This document shows positions 8,939-18,563 of a stretch of DNA of 64,000 nucleotides, piece after piece; the first letter of the stretch is position 1, and every line of letters starts with the position of its first letter. Made by a program: the position numbers and the translations under genes. Origin of the DNA: Bacteriovoracaceae bacterium (GTDB lineage Bacteria > Bdellovibrionota > Bacteriovoracia > Bacteriovoracales > Bacteriovoracaceae); contig JBLWTJ010000001.1 of NCBI GenBank assembly GCA_048270185.1, positions 1,312,001 to 1,376,000 on the forward strand, read 5' to 3'. The notes beneath the pieces are model-generated. The model saw nothing but the letters and a program-made list of their open reading frames with translations. It searched no databases and was not told where the DNA came from.

Positions 8939-10486
8939 TTAAGCTTCTTTTGCTTCAATCATACCGTAGCTGTGCAGCTTGTTATAAAGAGTCTTTACAG
9001 TAATTCCAAGAACCTTAGCTGTCTTAGTCTTATTACCACCTAGGTGATCAAGAGTTTGGCAGATGTGTTCTTTTTCAATTTCACCTAGCGTCATTTCTCT
9101 GAATACTCTAATTTCTTCTTGAGAATCAGCTACTTCATCTTGCTCAACTTTGATGCTATCAGCAAGGTGATCTCTTTCAACAATCATTCCAGCAGATAGA
9201 ACATAAGCTCTTTCCATGATTGAGTGAAGTTCTCTTACGTTTCCTGGCCAGTTGTAATCTTCAAGAAGTTTAACAACACCTGGAGACATTGACTTTTGAG
9301 CTTCTGGTAACTTTCCTAGGTTTAGGAAGTAGTTAGCAAGAATTTCAATATCAGACTTTCTCTCTCTTAGTGAAGGAACTCTTAGTCCAATTGTTGATAG
9401 GTTGTAGAATAGGTCTTCTCTAAAAGTACCCATTGCTACGTTTTCTTTCATATTCTGTGATGCTGCACAGATAATTCTTACGTTTGATCTTAGTTTTTCA
9501 TGAGTACCAACTCTTGAGTATGATTGCTCATTGATGAATGCCATAAGTCTTGCTTGTACTTTGATTGGCATTTTTTCAATATTGTTGATGAAGATTGTTC
9601 CACCGTTAGCTGCTTCAAGAGCACCTTTCTTAACTCTGAAACCTCTTGCTGCATCAACTTCTTCTTTACCAAAGATTTCTGCTTCTAAGTAGTCATCGTT
9701 ACCCATTGAACAGTCAACAACGATAAAAGCGTGGTTCTTTCTTTCAGAACGGCAGTGAATTCTTCTTGCTACCATTTCTTTACCAACACCAGTCTCACCT
9801 GCTACGAAAGTGTTAACATCAGAAGCTGAAACACGGTCAACAGCGATTAGAAGCTCTTGCATAATTTCAGATTTACCAATGATTTCTTTCTCTTGAGTCG
9901 TTGAACGAGATAGAGATACACCTGGTACTGAGTTCTTAAGTTCAATTTCTTTTTCTTCAATCTTCTGCTTTAGTGATTCGTTAAGGAATTTAGCAGATAG
10001 ATACATTTTCATATTCTTAAGTGGCTTTTGAAGTCCGTTTAGTCCTTCAAGTACACTGTTGATATCTTCTTTCTTAAAGTTGATTTCTTCGTTATTACCT
10101 TTAAAAGAGATTGTTCCGATAATAACACCGTCGATAATCATTGGAACACATAGCTCAGAGTGTGACTCTTCAGTCTTAGTCGTTGCAAATAATGGATCTC
10201 TTTGTACGTTGTTTGAGAAGTAAGCTCTCTTTGTCTTAATAACATGACCAACAGATCCTAGTCCTTTTGAAATTCTCTTAGCGTTCTTAACCGCTTTTGA
10301 ATTCTTAGCTACTAGGCGACAGCTTCCGTCTTCGTGTGCAAGATTGATTAGGATCTCATCACAAATAATCTCAGATCTAAAGAATTTTGATAGCTCACTG
10401 AAGAAAATCTCTTCGTCTAAAGTTGTAAGAAGAGTAGACAGTAGGTTTTCAATTTTTGTTGATTCTTTTTTCATTTCGATTGTCAT
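8939..10486 (-). CDS. GAF-AAA+-Fis HTH enhancer-binding-protein family regulator (atypical)
   Basis: GAF domain (SELCVPMIIDGVIIGTI), Walker A GETGVGKE, WPGNVREL and HTH GGNKTKTAKVLGITVKTLYNKL. The GAFTGA loop is absent. Confidence 0.9.
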   Translation of the reverse strand: MTIEMKKESTKIENLLSTLLTTLDEEIFFSELSKFFRSEIICDEILINLAHEDGSCRLVAKNSKAVKNAKRISKGLGSVGHVIKTKRAYFSNNVQRDPLFATTKTEESHSELCVPMIIDGVIIGTISFKGNNEEINFKKEDINSVLEGLNGLQKPLKNMKMYLSAKFLNESLKQKIEEKEIELKNSVPGVSLSRSTTQEKEIIGKSEIMQELLIAVDRVSASDVNTFVAGETGVGKEMVARRIHCRSERKNHAFIVVDCSMGNDDYLEAEIFGKEEVDAARGFRVKKGALEAANGGTIFINNIEKMPIKVQARLMAFINEQSYSRVGTHEKLRSNVRIICAASQNMKENVAMGTFREDLFYNLSTIGLRVPSLRERKSDIEILANYFLNLGKLPEAQKSMSPGVVKLLEDYNWPGNVRELHSIMERAYVLSAGMIVERDHLADSIKVEQDEVADSQEEIRVFREMTLGEIEKEHICQTLDHLGGNKTKTAKVLGITVKTLYNKLHSYGMIEAKEA

Positions 10487-10616
10487 GTAAGAACTCCTGT
10501 ATATTTTTTACCGTGTGTTATGCGAAGCGTTAAACTAAATTCATAATACAGCGCGTCTGAATTTTTTACAAGACTAAAATACTCAGGTGTTCAAAAAAAA
10601 TGTATGTTTTCCGTAA

Positions 10617-11948
10617 TTACAGTGACTTAAGCCATCTAGCACTTGTACACTTTCCGAAATTTCCGGTCAGTGGACCCAGGATTTTGCCCCAAGTGTCCAT
10701 AATATAGACATTTTGAGTGGCCTTCGATTGTGAAAGAACCCTCAAACTTGTAAAAATAATGAACTGTCCATCTTTTGAGTACTCAGGATCCTCATTTGAG
10801 CCGAAATCCATCGTCAAACGGTGCAGATTCTGGCCATCGGCCCCAACCTTAATGATATCGAAGCGATTATCAATCCAGCTCGAAAAGACGATTTCAGAGG
10901 CATTTGGGTGAAATCTTGGAGTTGCATTAAATTTACCAATAAAAGAGATACGCTTAACGTCCTTTTCAAGCCCAGTTGGATCCATTGTATAGATCATCGG
11001 CTTGCCTGGCCTTCCCGATAGGAAGGTAAGGATCGATCCGTCGGCGCTTAGTGATGGATCTACATCTGGTGCAAAGCTTTGAGTAAGACGTGTAAGAGCA
11101 CGTGTCTTAAGATTCATGCGATAAAGCTCAGCATTACCTTGGTGTGAAAGAGTTAGAATAATCTCTTCCCCATTATTTGTGAAAATCGCACCAGAGTTTA
11201 ATCCTTTGCGATTTGAAATAACCGTCGATTTCTTTGTCGCTACATCATAGAGCATAAGATTGACGTTCTTTACTGCTCCCTGCTTTGATTCATCAATAAG
11301 GCTGTAAACGATTTTACTTCCATCATGTGAAACGGCCGGAGAAATAACAACACCGTTATGCCAAGTTAATCTCTTTGGATTAGCTCCATCAAAGTCCATC
11401 ATAAAGAGTTCTTTCTTACCATCTGGTAGCTTGTGATCAGAAACGAAGACAATCTTGTCTTTAAAGATCGAAACCTTTCCAACAATGGCCTTATAGATCG
11501 CATCTGAAATAGCGTGAATACTATCGCGATCCTTAGGATCATAATCAACACTTGCACTAAGAAGCTGAGTTTCACCGGCAATATTCCATAAACGGTACTC
11601 AAGCTTCATATCTTTCTCACTACGATTCACTCTAAATCGCACAAGGTAATTCGTTTCCTTTGTTTTGTAATTTGCAAAACGAACATTATCAAAAGAAGTC
11701 TGTGAAATTCTTCTTGGTAAGACATTGAAGTAGTCTTGATAGAATTTAAAATCATTTCTTACGATATTAATATAATTTTCTGCAGCTTCTAATTCGTTAG
11801 GAGTAAAGGCCCCTTCAGAAAAGACTTTCTCAATTAATAAAGACTCTTTAACAACTTCAGCATCCCCAACGGAAACAACAGTTAATCCCGAATCAGTAGA
11901 TTGTGCAAAAATGTTTAATGTCATAAATATAGCTATTATGTACTTCAT
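10617..11948 (-). CDS. tolB: Tol-Pal beta-propeller protein TolB
   Basis: Signal peptide, TolB N-domain and PD40 repeats (SPAVSHDGSKIVY, DPSLSADGS, DPEYSKDG). It follows tolQRA. Confidence 0.9.
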   Translation of the reverse strand: MKYIIAIFMTLNIFAQSTDSGLTVVSVGDAEVVKESLLIEKVFSEGAFTPNELEAAENYINIVRNDFKFYQDYFNVLPRRISQTSFDNVRFANYKTKETNYLVRFRVNRSEKDMKLEYRLWNIAGETQLLSASVDYDPKDRDSIHAISDAIYKAIVGKVSIFKDKIVFVSDHKLPDGKKELFMMDFDGANPKRLTWHNGVVISPAVSHDGSKIVYSLIDESKQGAVKNVNLMLYDVATKKSTVISNRKGLNSGAIFTNNGEEIILTLSHQGNAELYRMNLKTRALTRLTQSFAPDVDPSLSADGSILTFLSGRPGKPMIYTMDPTGLEKDVKRISFIGKFNATPRFHPNASEIVFSSWIDNRFDIIKVGADGQNLHRLTMDFGSNEDPEYSKDGQFIIFTSLRVLSQSKATQNVYIMDTWGKILGPLTGNFGKCTSARWLKSL

Positions 11949-11956
11949 GATTCCTC

Positions 11957-12739
11957 CTATATAGGAAAGGCCAGAACAATCTCTCCGGCAACTAACCTAT
12001 TGGCGATTTCTTTATTTGGACGAGGGAAGCGACTCACGGCCTTAATTGAAGAAAGAGCCTTAGCATCGTATTCTTCATTCCCACTCTTCTTTATAATTTT
12101 ATAATCTAACAATTTCCCATCAGCGCTCAAAAATATCTGTACGTGACATGATAATTCTAAGCTTGCGAGATAGGCCGGTAGCTTCCAATTCTTACGAACG
12201 GCCTCCATCACAGAAATAACATACTTATCAAAAGCATCCCGTGCAGCTTCACTAGAAGTTCCTGTATATGAAGTCCCATCACTTAACTTATTCCCGGCCG
12301 CAATAATTCCACTGTAGTCAGTATTATCTTCAACATCTTTCTTTTGGGCTTTTTTCGTAGGCCTTGGCTTATTATCAATCTTCACATCGCGTTTTGCATA
12401 TTTTGAAAGCATATCTGCAAGTGACTTTTGCTTCTTTTCTTTATTAAGTATTACCTTGTCACTACCACCGGTGTCCTTTACTTCTTCTTTAACTTTAGGT
12501 GCCGGTTTTTGTGATGTTCCAGGTGTTAGTTTCTTTAATTGCTGATACGTCATCTTAGGCATCGCTAGAACATCAACCTTGATGGCCTTACCAATAACAC
12601 GTACCTTAGAAACTTCGGGTTTATTATCTTCCCCAAATGGAAGACCAAATTTCATAACAGAAAATGCATACAAAGCACCCACTAATAAAACGTGGATTGC
12701 AAAAGAGTATGTAATGTATTTATTAAAATTATTTTCGAT
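11957..12739 (-). CDS. tolA: TolA/TonB-family energy transducer; proposed ATC start at 12739
   Basis: C-terminal TolA domain III (VRKNWKLP..KSGNEEYDAKAL). The TM motif SFAIH lies upstream of the track's GTG at 12682. Confidence 0.8.
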   Translation of the reverse strand: MENNFNKYITYSFAIHVLLVGALYAFSVMKFGLPFGEDNKPEVSKVRVIGKAIKVDVLAMPKMTYQQLKKLTPGTSQKPAPKVKEEVKDTGGSDKVILNKEKKQKSLADMLSKYAKRDVKIDNKPRPTKKAQKKDVEDNTDYSGIIAAGNKLSDGTSYTGTSSEAARDAFDKYVISVMEAVRKNWKLPAYLASLELSCHVQIFLSADGKLLDYKIIKKSGNEEYDAKALSSIKAVSRFPRPNKEIANRLVAGEIVLAFPI

Positions 12740-12740
12740 A

Positions 12741-13157
12741 CTACTTATCCTCTAATTCCGTAACGAGTGCAATTTCATTAATATTATTCGACTTTAAAAA
12801 AGACATAAGCTTTGCCACCTTCCCATACTCGAGTTGATAGTCAGCTCTTAAGAAGAGAGTCTGAGATTTCGTTTCTTTAAAGCGATCCGTAAGAACACCA
12901 ACAAGCTCACTTAAAAGAATCTTATCCTTTCCTACAAAGTACTCTTCTGAATTCGTATAGCTTAGAATGACTTGAGATGAGCTCAAATTCATGACATTGA
13001 CCTCTCTCGTCTTTGGTAGGGTCAGCTCTATTCCATTAAGCATTAAGGGTGCCGTTATCATAAAGATAACGAGCAGTACGAGCATAACATCAACTAAGGG
13101 CGTAACATTGATTTCTGATACTGGCCCGTCACCGTTTCCACCTGTATTCATTCCCAT
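12741..13157 (-). CDS. tolR: TolR/ExbD
   Basis: [23 protein letters not shown] and LRAD..YGKV. Confidence 0.92.
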   Translation of the reverse strand: MGMNTGGNGDGPVSEINVTPLVDVMLVLLVIFMITAPLMLNGIELTLPKTREVNVMNLSSSQVILSYTNSEEYFVGKDKILLSELVGVLTDRFKETKSQTLFLRADYQLEYGKVAKLMSFLKSNNINEIALVTELEDK

Positions 13158-13178
13158 CTTTGACTCCTCTTAGCCAGA

Positions 13179-13877
13179 TTAAGATTTTGAAGAAATATAG
13201 CGCTCAACTTCATTAATAAATTGATTACTAAAGATATGAAGTTGTTCTCTTAGCTTATTTCTTCTTTGACCAAATTTATTGTAATACCAAGTTGCAGGAA
13301 TCGCGGCCACAAGTCCCACGGCAGTGGCAACAAGAGCTTCTGCAATACCAGGAGCAACAGTTTCAAGAGTTGCTCCTCCACTTGCAAGACCAGAGAATGA
13401 ATCAATAATTCCCCATACAGTCCCAAAGAGACCAACAAATGGCGTAATTGATCCAATTGAAGCAAGAGTTGTAAGGGAGTTACTCATCACCTGATCAACT
13501 TCTGTTGCCTCATTAACAAGTGCACGCTCCATTGACTGGTTAGCAATTGAAGAATAGTGTTCCTTAATTGCTGTATAATTTTCCCCAAGTGCGATTTCTG
13601 TCTTCTTAAGTTCTTTGTATCCACAAAGAAAGACTCTCTTAAGGGGACTGTCTTCAATTGTTTGAGCATCATGATAGGCCTCTTCAAGACTCGTGACTCC
13701 ACTAAAGAAGTGCTTAAAGTCAGCATTGGCTTTTTCCGCCTTATTAAAGAGTGATCTCTTTTGAAAGATGATTGTCCAACTCAGGACAGAGGCTGCAATA
13801 AGTAGAAGTAAGTCGAGCTTTACGACGATACTTGACTCTAAAAGGATTTGAAATATATCTAAGTTGTGACCTTGCAC
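13179..13877 (-). CDS. tolQ: TolQ/ExbB proton channel
   Basis: TPFVGLFGTVWGI and VAPGIAEALVATAVGL..AIPA. Start moved to GTG 13877, which has an AGGAG RBS. Confidence 0.92.
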   Translation of the reverse strand: MQGHNLDIFQILLESSIVVKLDLLLLIAASVLSWTIIFQKRSLFNKAEKANADFKHFFSGVTSLEEAYHDAQTIEDSPLKRVFLCGYKELKKTEIALGENYTAIKEHYSSIANQSMERALVNEATEVDQVMSNSLTTLASIGSITPFVGLFGTVWGIIDSFSGLASGGATLETVAPGIAEALVATAVGLVAAIPATWYYNKFGQRRNKLREQLHIFSNQFINEVERYISSKS

Positions 13878-14677
13878 TACACTTCTCCTTGCTTTCTTAA
13901 AATATATGAATAAGCGATTGTTACGATTAATAGACTCGAAGCAGGGATTAAAAGATTCCCTAGTTTCGAGAAGAAAATTGCATAATAAGTTCCCCAAAGT
14001 GGATCATGCCCCAAGAAGGCAAACAGAGGAACAAAGACAATTGAAACAAATATAAGTCCCTTAAGGACTGAGTAATTAAATAAGTAGAGGTGAATATAGG
14101 CAATGAAGAATAGAATAAGGTGTCCTAATTCTAGACTCGAATTGCGAGGAAATAAAACCACAAGTGATAAGTAGAGCATCAGCCCTTCCACCAATATATG
14201 AAGATACTTCCCTACTCGGCGATTCCTAATAAAGATCTTTGCATTTAAAAACTCAAAGAAGAAGAAAGCAAAGATTAAAATATTATGAACAATCAATTGA
14301 AAGAAGCTAAATTGAACATTCTCCATATGCGTTGGCTTACTAAAGAAGATTATTACTAAAAGAGACGCAAAAGAAATTAGATACGTTGGAAAATTAACAT
14401 TATTGTACCAATCAAAAGAGAGCTGGCTCTTGATATCTTTAAAGCGCATATCAGAAAAGAAGTAAGTCGTGGCCAAGTACCCTAAGATTCTGGCAGTCAC
14501 AAGAACTTGCCATGAAAAATCATAGAGCCAATTTTCGACGATAATAAGCTTATGACCAAGTCTGAAATGAAAGAATGTAATAATCGAGACGAGGATAAAA
14601 TAGATAATCCAATAAATGATTATTGAAGTCGCATACTTGGCCGCGTAAATAGATTTTTCTTTGGCATATAACTTCAT
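13877..14677 (-). CDS. Integral membrane protein, unknown function
   Basis: 266-aa highly hydrophobic ORF, translationally coupled to tolQ. Confidence 0.7.
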   Translation of the reverse strand: MKLYAKEKSIYAAKYATSIIIYWIIYFILVSIITFFHFRLGHKLIIVENWLYDFSWQVLVTARILGYLATTYFFSDMRFKDIKSQLSFDWYNNVNFPTYLISFASLLVIIFFSKPTHMENVQFSFFQLIVHNILIFAFFFFEFLNAKIFIRNRRVGKYLHILVEGLMLYLSLVVLFPRNSSLELGHLILFFIAYIHLYLFNYSVLKGLIFVSIVFVPLFAFLGHDPLWGTYYAIFFSKLGNLLIPASSLLIVTIAYSYILRKQGEV

Positions 14678-14678
14678 A

Positions 14679-15539
14679 TTAATTCGCAGTCGGGTCTATC
14701 CACTTTAGTTGTAATTCAGGAGCTGGATAAATCTTTGCATAATTCTTATAAAGAAGATTCCCCTTTGTAAGAGAATCAATCTTTTCTAATAAGTGATAAT
14801 AATTTTTCCAATACTTTGGATTATTCTTTAAGATGACATCCATTTTCTTTGTAATCTTAAATTGATCCTTAAAAGAGAATCCTGAATTAAAGATAATGTC
14901 ACTATAACGAGCTAAGACTTTGGCAAATTCCTCTTTTGGAAATTGTTTTTTATAGAAATTTGTATTCATAAGTCTTAATAAAGTAGCATCATCAAATTTA
15001 TTAATAAATTGGTTATCTTTAAGTCTTAGTAAGTCTTCAAACATCACAAGAGATATTTGAAGTTTTGATAGATCCATTGCTCGCACAAAAGGAACACTTA
15101 CAACAAATAGGTAGTGGTTTTCAGAAAGAGGCAGTCCAAAGTGAGTCATATTGGCCGAGTTGATATAGAGAATATCAAATTTCACACCAAAGTAGCCTAC
15201 CTCAGCAAGAAACTTTGAAAAGTACTCTTTAATACCAAAGTCTGGTTTATGAAAGTCCCACTTAAGGAGATCAACATTCTTAACAAGCCAATACTGAGTG
15301 ACGATATGCCAGAAGTCACGCCCTGCAGGAGTATTGTAGAAAGCCTTCTTCGTGGCCTCCACATCAACTTTCTTTGCGGCCATCTTCTTTTGCTTTTCTT
15401 TGGCCGCCTTCTCAAGTCCATCCTTCTTTAAGACCTTTTGGATCTTATTGAAGTTCACAAATTCATTTTCAACAGGAGTTGAATCCTGTGCAAAGGCTAA
15501 ACTAGAAAATAATAAAGATGAGATTAGTAACTTCTTCAT
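14679..15539 (-). CDS. Exported protein resembling a catalytically dead M48 peptidase
   Basis: Signal peptide. Aligns by eye with the M48 protein at 58779-60161, but has EDLLR where that protein has HEXXH. Confidence 0.6.
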   Translation of the reverse strand: MKKLLISSLLFSSLAFAQDSTPVENEFVNFNKIQKVLKKDGLEKAAKEKQKKMAAKKVDVEATKKAFYNTPAGRDFWHIVTQYWLVKNVDLLKWDFHKPDFGIKEYFSKFLAEVGYFGVKFDILYINSANMTHFGLPLSENHYLFVVSVPFVRAMDLSKLQISLVMFEDLLRLKDNQFINKFDDATLLRLMNTNFYKKQFPKEEFAKVLARYSDIIFNSGFSFKDQFKITKKMDVILKNNPKYWKNYYHLLEKIDSLTKGNLLYKNYAKIYPAPELQLKWIDPTAN

Positions 15540-15937
15540 TAGCGACTCTCCCCTTTAATTAGGAGATCTTGTAAGCGGCCCCAGTAATGAATCTCTGTCA
15601 CACCAATATCGATATGATCAAAGAAACGGCGATACATATCTTGCCAACATTCAGTTGGCTTATTCTTTCCAAGTACATTTGTACTCATAAAACCTTTGTA
15701 ATTTGAATACTCGACTTGATAAAACTCAGAAATTGGAGAACTTAGAACATAGAAAGGTTGTCCACACTCAAATGTTGATAATACTCTAGAGAACTTCGAA
15801 GGATTTTGATGAAGTTGTGAGTAAACGGTTTGAATGTAGTAGATCGTTTTCTTAGGTGTATCTTTGGACGTGGCAGGCTTCTTAGCCTGAGCAAAGACAC
15901 TTGATAATAAAAGAAAAACGACAATAAGCTTTTTCAT
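15539..15937 (-). CDS. Exported small protein, possible SH3b-like domain
   Basis: Signal peptide, LHQNPS..SRVL and YQVEY..YKGFM pattern. ATG 15937 overlaps the lapB stop. Confidence 0.55.
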   Translation of the reverse strand: MKKLIVVFLLLSSVFAQAKKPATSKDTPKKTIYYIQTVYSQLHQNPSKFSRVLSTFECGQPFYVLSSPISEFYQVEYSNYKGFMSTNVLGKNKPTECWQDMYRRFFDHIDIGVTEIHYWGRLQDLLIKGESR

Positions 15938-17163
15938 ACTTTCCATCTAAACTGTATTGTTTCCCATTCATGGCATTGCGGGCAACGCCAGAAGATTTCA
16001 TCTGAGTTATACCCACACTCACGACAATAGTGCTTTGTCAGAGTTTGATGCATATTCTCTAATAAGTCTTTCGTTTGTGTAACAGCTTCTTCCTTCTTAC
16101 CTAGCTCAATAAGAATCTTAATATACTCTGATCTTAGAGCATCTGAAGTTGCATGATCTCCCTTACTCCAATTACTAAGTAACTCGTAGGCCTTGTGAAG
16201 ATTATGGTGCTGTTTATAAAGTCTGATCTTAGTTAAAATGATGGACTCATTCTTAAGTAGATCTTCATCATTAAGTTCTAAGAAGTATTCAATAAGAAGG
16301 TTTAGTCTCTTAAAGTACATTTCTTTATCTTCTTCACTCCCCTTAAACCCTTCTTCTAAGGATTCAAAAGCAAATGAAGCATACATTGGCTGCTCTTTTA
16401 ATAGTTCAAGTAGATAGAACTTCGCTTCATCAACATTTCCCTCTTGAATCAGAATTCTAAGTTTTAGAATTTTTGCTGAAACCGAAGGAGCAAAGCGGAA
16501 GCCATCTTCTAAATCTTCGATGGCCTTAGACATCTGTCCATTTTCAAAGTACTTCTTCGCTTTTTGCACAAGGATATGGGAGATTGTCTCAGACTGATTT
16601 TCATGCCCTACCTTTGAAAGCATAATACGGTAATTATAGGCTTGATCCCAATCACCGATATCTTCATAGATACGACATAGAGATTGGATGACATCATATT
16701 CATCGCGGTTAATCTTAAGCACATCTTTATAAGTTTCAATGGCCTTATCAACAAAGCCACCCTTATCAAAGTCAATGGCCAACTCTTTAAGCGCTCGAAT
16801 ACGGTGATTTTCAGAAATCCCCTCTCTTGCAATTAAAGAGCGGTGAATACTAATGGCCTTTTCAATTTCACCATTACTTCTAAAAAGACCACCAAGTGCA
16901 AAGTATGTATCAATCGTTTCACGGTTAATATCCACAGCACTTAGGAATTCCTTAATGGCAAGGTCACGATTCCCTGAGATTAGGTATTGAGTTGCATTTA
17001 GGAACACTTTTGACTGAGCTTCAAAGATCGAGTTGCGATATCTCTTTGATAATTTGACACCCGTGTCCTTCTCACTAAAGTAGTGATAGATTAAAATCAG
17101 AGTAAGGACAAAAGCTACAACTGCGAGTATATGATCCTGTAGCCAGTTTAAGTAAATATGCAT
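15934..17163 (-). CDS. lapB: LPS assembly protein B (TPR + rubredoxin-like domain)
   Basis: N-terminal TM, ALGGLFRSNGEIEKAISIH, TPRs and a C-terminal YCRECG..FWRCPQCHEWET. Confidence 0.88.
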   Translation of the reverse strand: MHIYLNWLQDHILAVVAFVLTLILIYHYFSEKDTGVKLSKRYRNSIFEAQSKVFLNATQYLISGNRDLAIKEFLSAVDINRETIDTYFALGGLFRSNGEIEKAISIHRSLIAREGISENHRIRALKELAIDFDKGGFVDKAIETYKDVLKINRDEYDVIQSLCRIYEDIGDWDQAYNYRIMLSKVGHENQSETISHILVQKAKKYFENGQMSKAIEDLEDGFRFAPSVSAKILKLRILIQEGNVDEAKFYLLELLKEQPMYASFAFESLEEGFKGSEEDKEMYFKRLNLLIEYFLELNDEDLLKNESIILTKIRLYKQHHNLHKAYELLSNWSKGDHATSDALRSEYIKILIELGKKEEAVTQTKDLLENMHQTLTKHYCRECGYNSDEIFWRCPQCHEWETIQFRWKV

Positions 17164-17173
17164 TTAACCTCTG

Positions 17174-18121
17174 TTATTTAAACATTAATGTTGTTGTGCT
17201 ATTTGCTTTTACAAAGTTCTTAACAGCACCCTTCACTTCATCAAGATCTTCGATGAGTGAGAAGAAGTTCGATTTCTTCTTAATTTTTAGTTCTTCTAAG
17301 TTTAGCTTCCCTTCAAGTTTAAGAGCAGCGTGCATTTGGCGAGCACATGGCCATAGACCTACTAGCTCATCAACAAGTCCAAGCTTCTTTGCTTGAGCAC
17401 CAGAGAAAACTTGTCCTTGAGCAACTTCATTAATTGGCGTTGTAATCTTCTCTCCACGGATAAGACTTACGTCATCGATGAATTGCTTATGAACATCATT
17501 TGTCATCTCAACCATCAGAGCTTCTTCTTCTGGCGTCATTGGACGATTCGGTTGTCCAATATCCTTGTAGCGACCAGCTTTAATAGTTTGTGGATTAACC
17601 ATGGCAAATTTATAAAGCTGAGAGAGATCCATAAATTGCATGATGACCCCAATCGATCCAGTAAGAGTTCCTGGAGATGAACAGATCTTTTCAGTTGCGG
17701 CACCAATATAGTATCCGCCACTAGCTGCAATCGAAGAGAATGAAGCATAGATTGGTTTAGGATTCTTTGTGATTTCGCTATACTCTTTAACACCACGAAT
17801 TCTTAAGATTTCTTGATAGATCTCTTGTGTTGGAGCAACAGCACCACCTGGCGAGTTCACTCTTAGAATGATCCCTTTAACTGAGTCATCGTTTTCAGCT
17901 TTGTGAAGAAGCTCAACAGTTTTCTTGGCATCCATGATCACACCATCAACATTGATTTGTGCAATCTTGTCTTTTGATTTTTGGAAAGATGAAGTCGCCC
18001 CACTATTTCCTTTGAAAATTGAAACTGTGTAAGCTGAAAATAAAATTAACACAATAAAGAAAACTGCCACCATGGCCATAAGGCCAATTACCGCACGATC
18101 TTTAGATTTTGTATTCGACAA
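17174..18121 (-). CDS. sppA: Signal peptide peptidase SppA (S49)
   Basis: RVNSPGG, AASGGYY, TGSIGV and KAGRYKD. Confidence 0.93.
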   Translation of the reverse strand: MSNTKSKDRAVIGLMAMVAVFFIVLILFSAYTVSIFKGNSGATSSFQKSKDKIAQINVDGVIMDAKKTVELLHKAENDDSVKGIILRVNSPGGAVAPTQEIYQEILRIRGVKEYSEITKNPKPIYASFSSIAASGGYYIGAATEKICSSPGTLTGSIGVIMQFMDLSQLYKFAMVNPQTIKAGRYKDIGQPNRPMTPEEEALMVEMTNDVHKQFIDDVSLIRGEKITTPINEVAQGQVFSGAQAKKLGLVDELVGLWPCARQMHAALKLEGKLNLEELKIKKKSNFFSLIEDLDEVKGAVKNFVKANSTTTLMFK

Positions 18122-18212
18122 AGCATCCTCCCTGAGCTTAAAAAACCATACGTCTATCTTCGCAGAAATACTGGATTTTGTACAATTTTTAACATGTTAC
18201 AAAGTTGCCGAT

Positions 18213-18239
18213 TAAAGTTAATTTCATGGATTCCGAAAA
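18213..18239 (+). promoter_or_regulatory. Putative sigma-28 (FliA) promoter
   Basis: TAAA-N15-TCCGAAAA, ~30 bp upstream of ATG 18271. Confidence 0.5.
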
Positions 18240-18270
18240 GAAGAGAGTACTCGTCATAAGTGGGGAAATT

Positions 18271-18540
18271 ATGAAAGGATTCAATTTTAAAAGATTAGCG
18301 ATTATTACTCTAGTGGTTCAGTCAGGATTAGTGATGGCCGAGAAATTTGAAGCTCCTGCATTCTATGACCAGGCGAAAAAACCAATTTCATTCAAAAGCC
18401 AAGTAGTGCACAAAAAGAGTCAGGCTTCATGGCAAGATTCTTATCAAGATGATGCACAATCTGACGCTGAAAAATCAAAACGTCTTCCGTCGTCTAAGAA
18501 CACAAAAGTTAAGTACTGGGATTACGAAAATAAGAAGTAA
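18271..18540 (+). CDS. Small exported hypothetical protein
   Basis: GGGG RBS then ATG 18271; signal peptide; RLPSS motif near the C-terminus. Confidence 0.65.
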   Translation: MKGFNFKRLAIITLVVQSGLVMAEKFEAPAFYDQAKKPISFKSQVVHKKSQASWQDSYQDDAQSDAEKSKRLPSSKNTKVKYWDYENKK

Positions 18541-18563
18541 GTAATTAAGTTTCTTTTTCTAAC

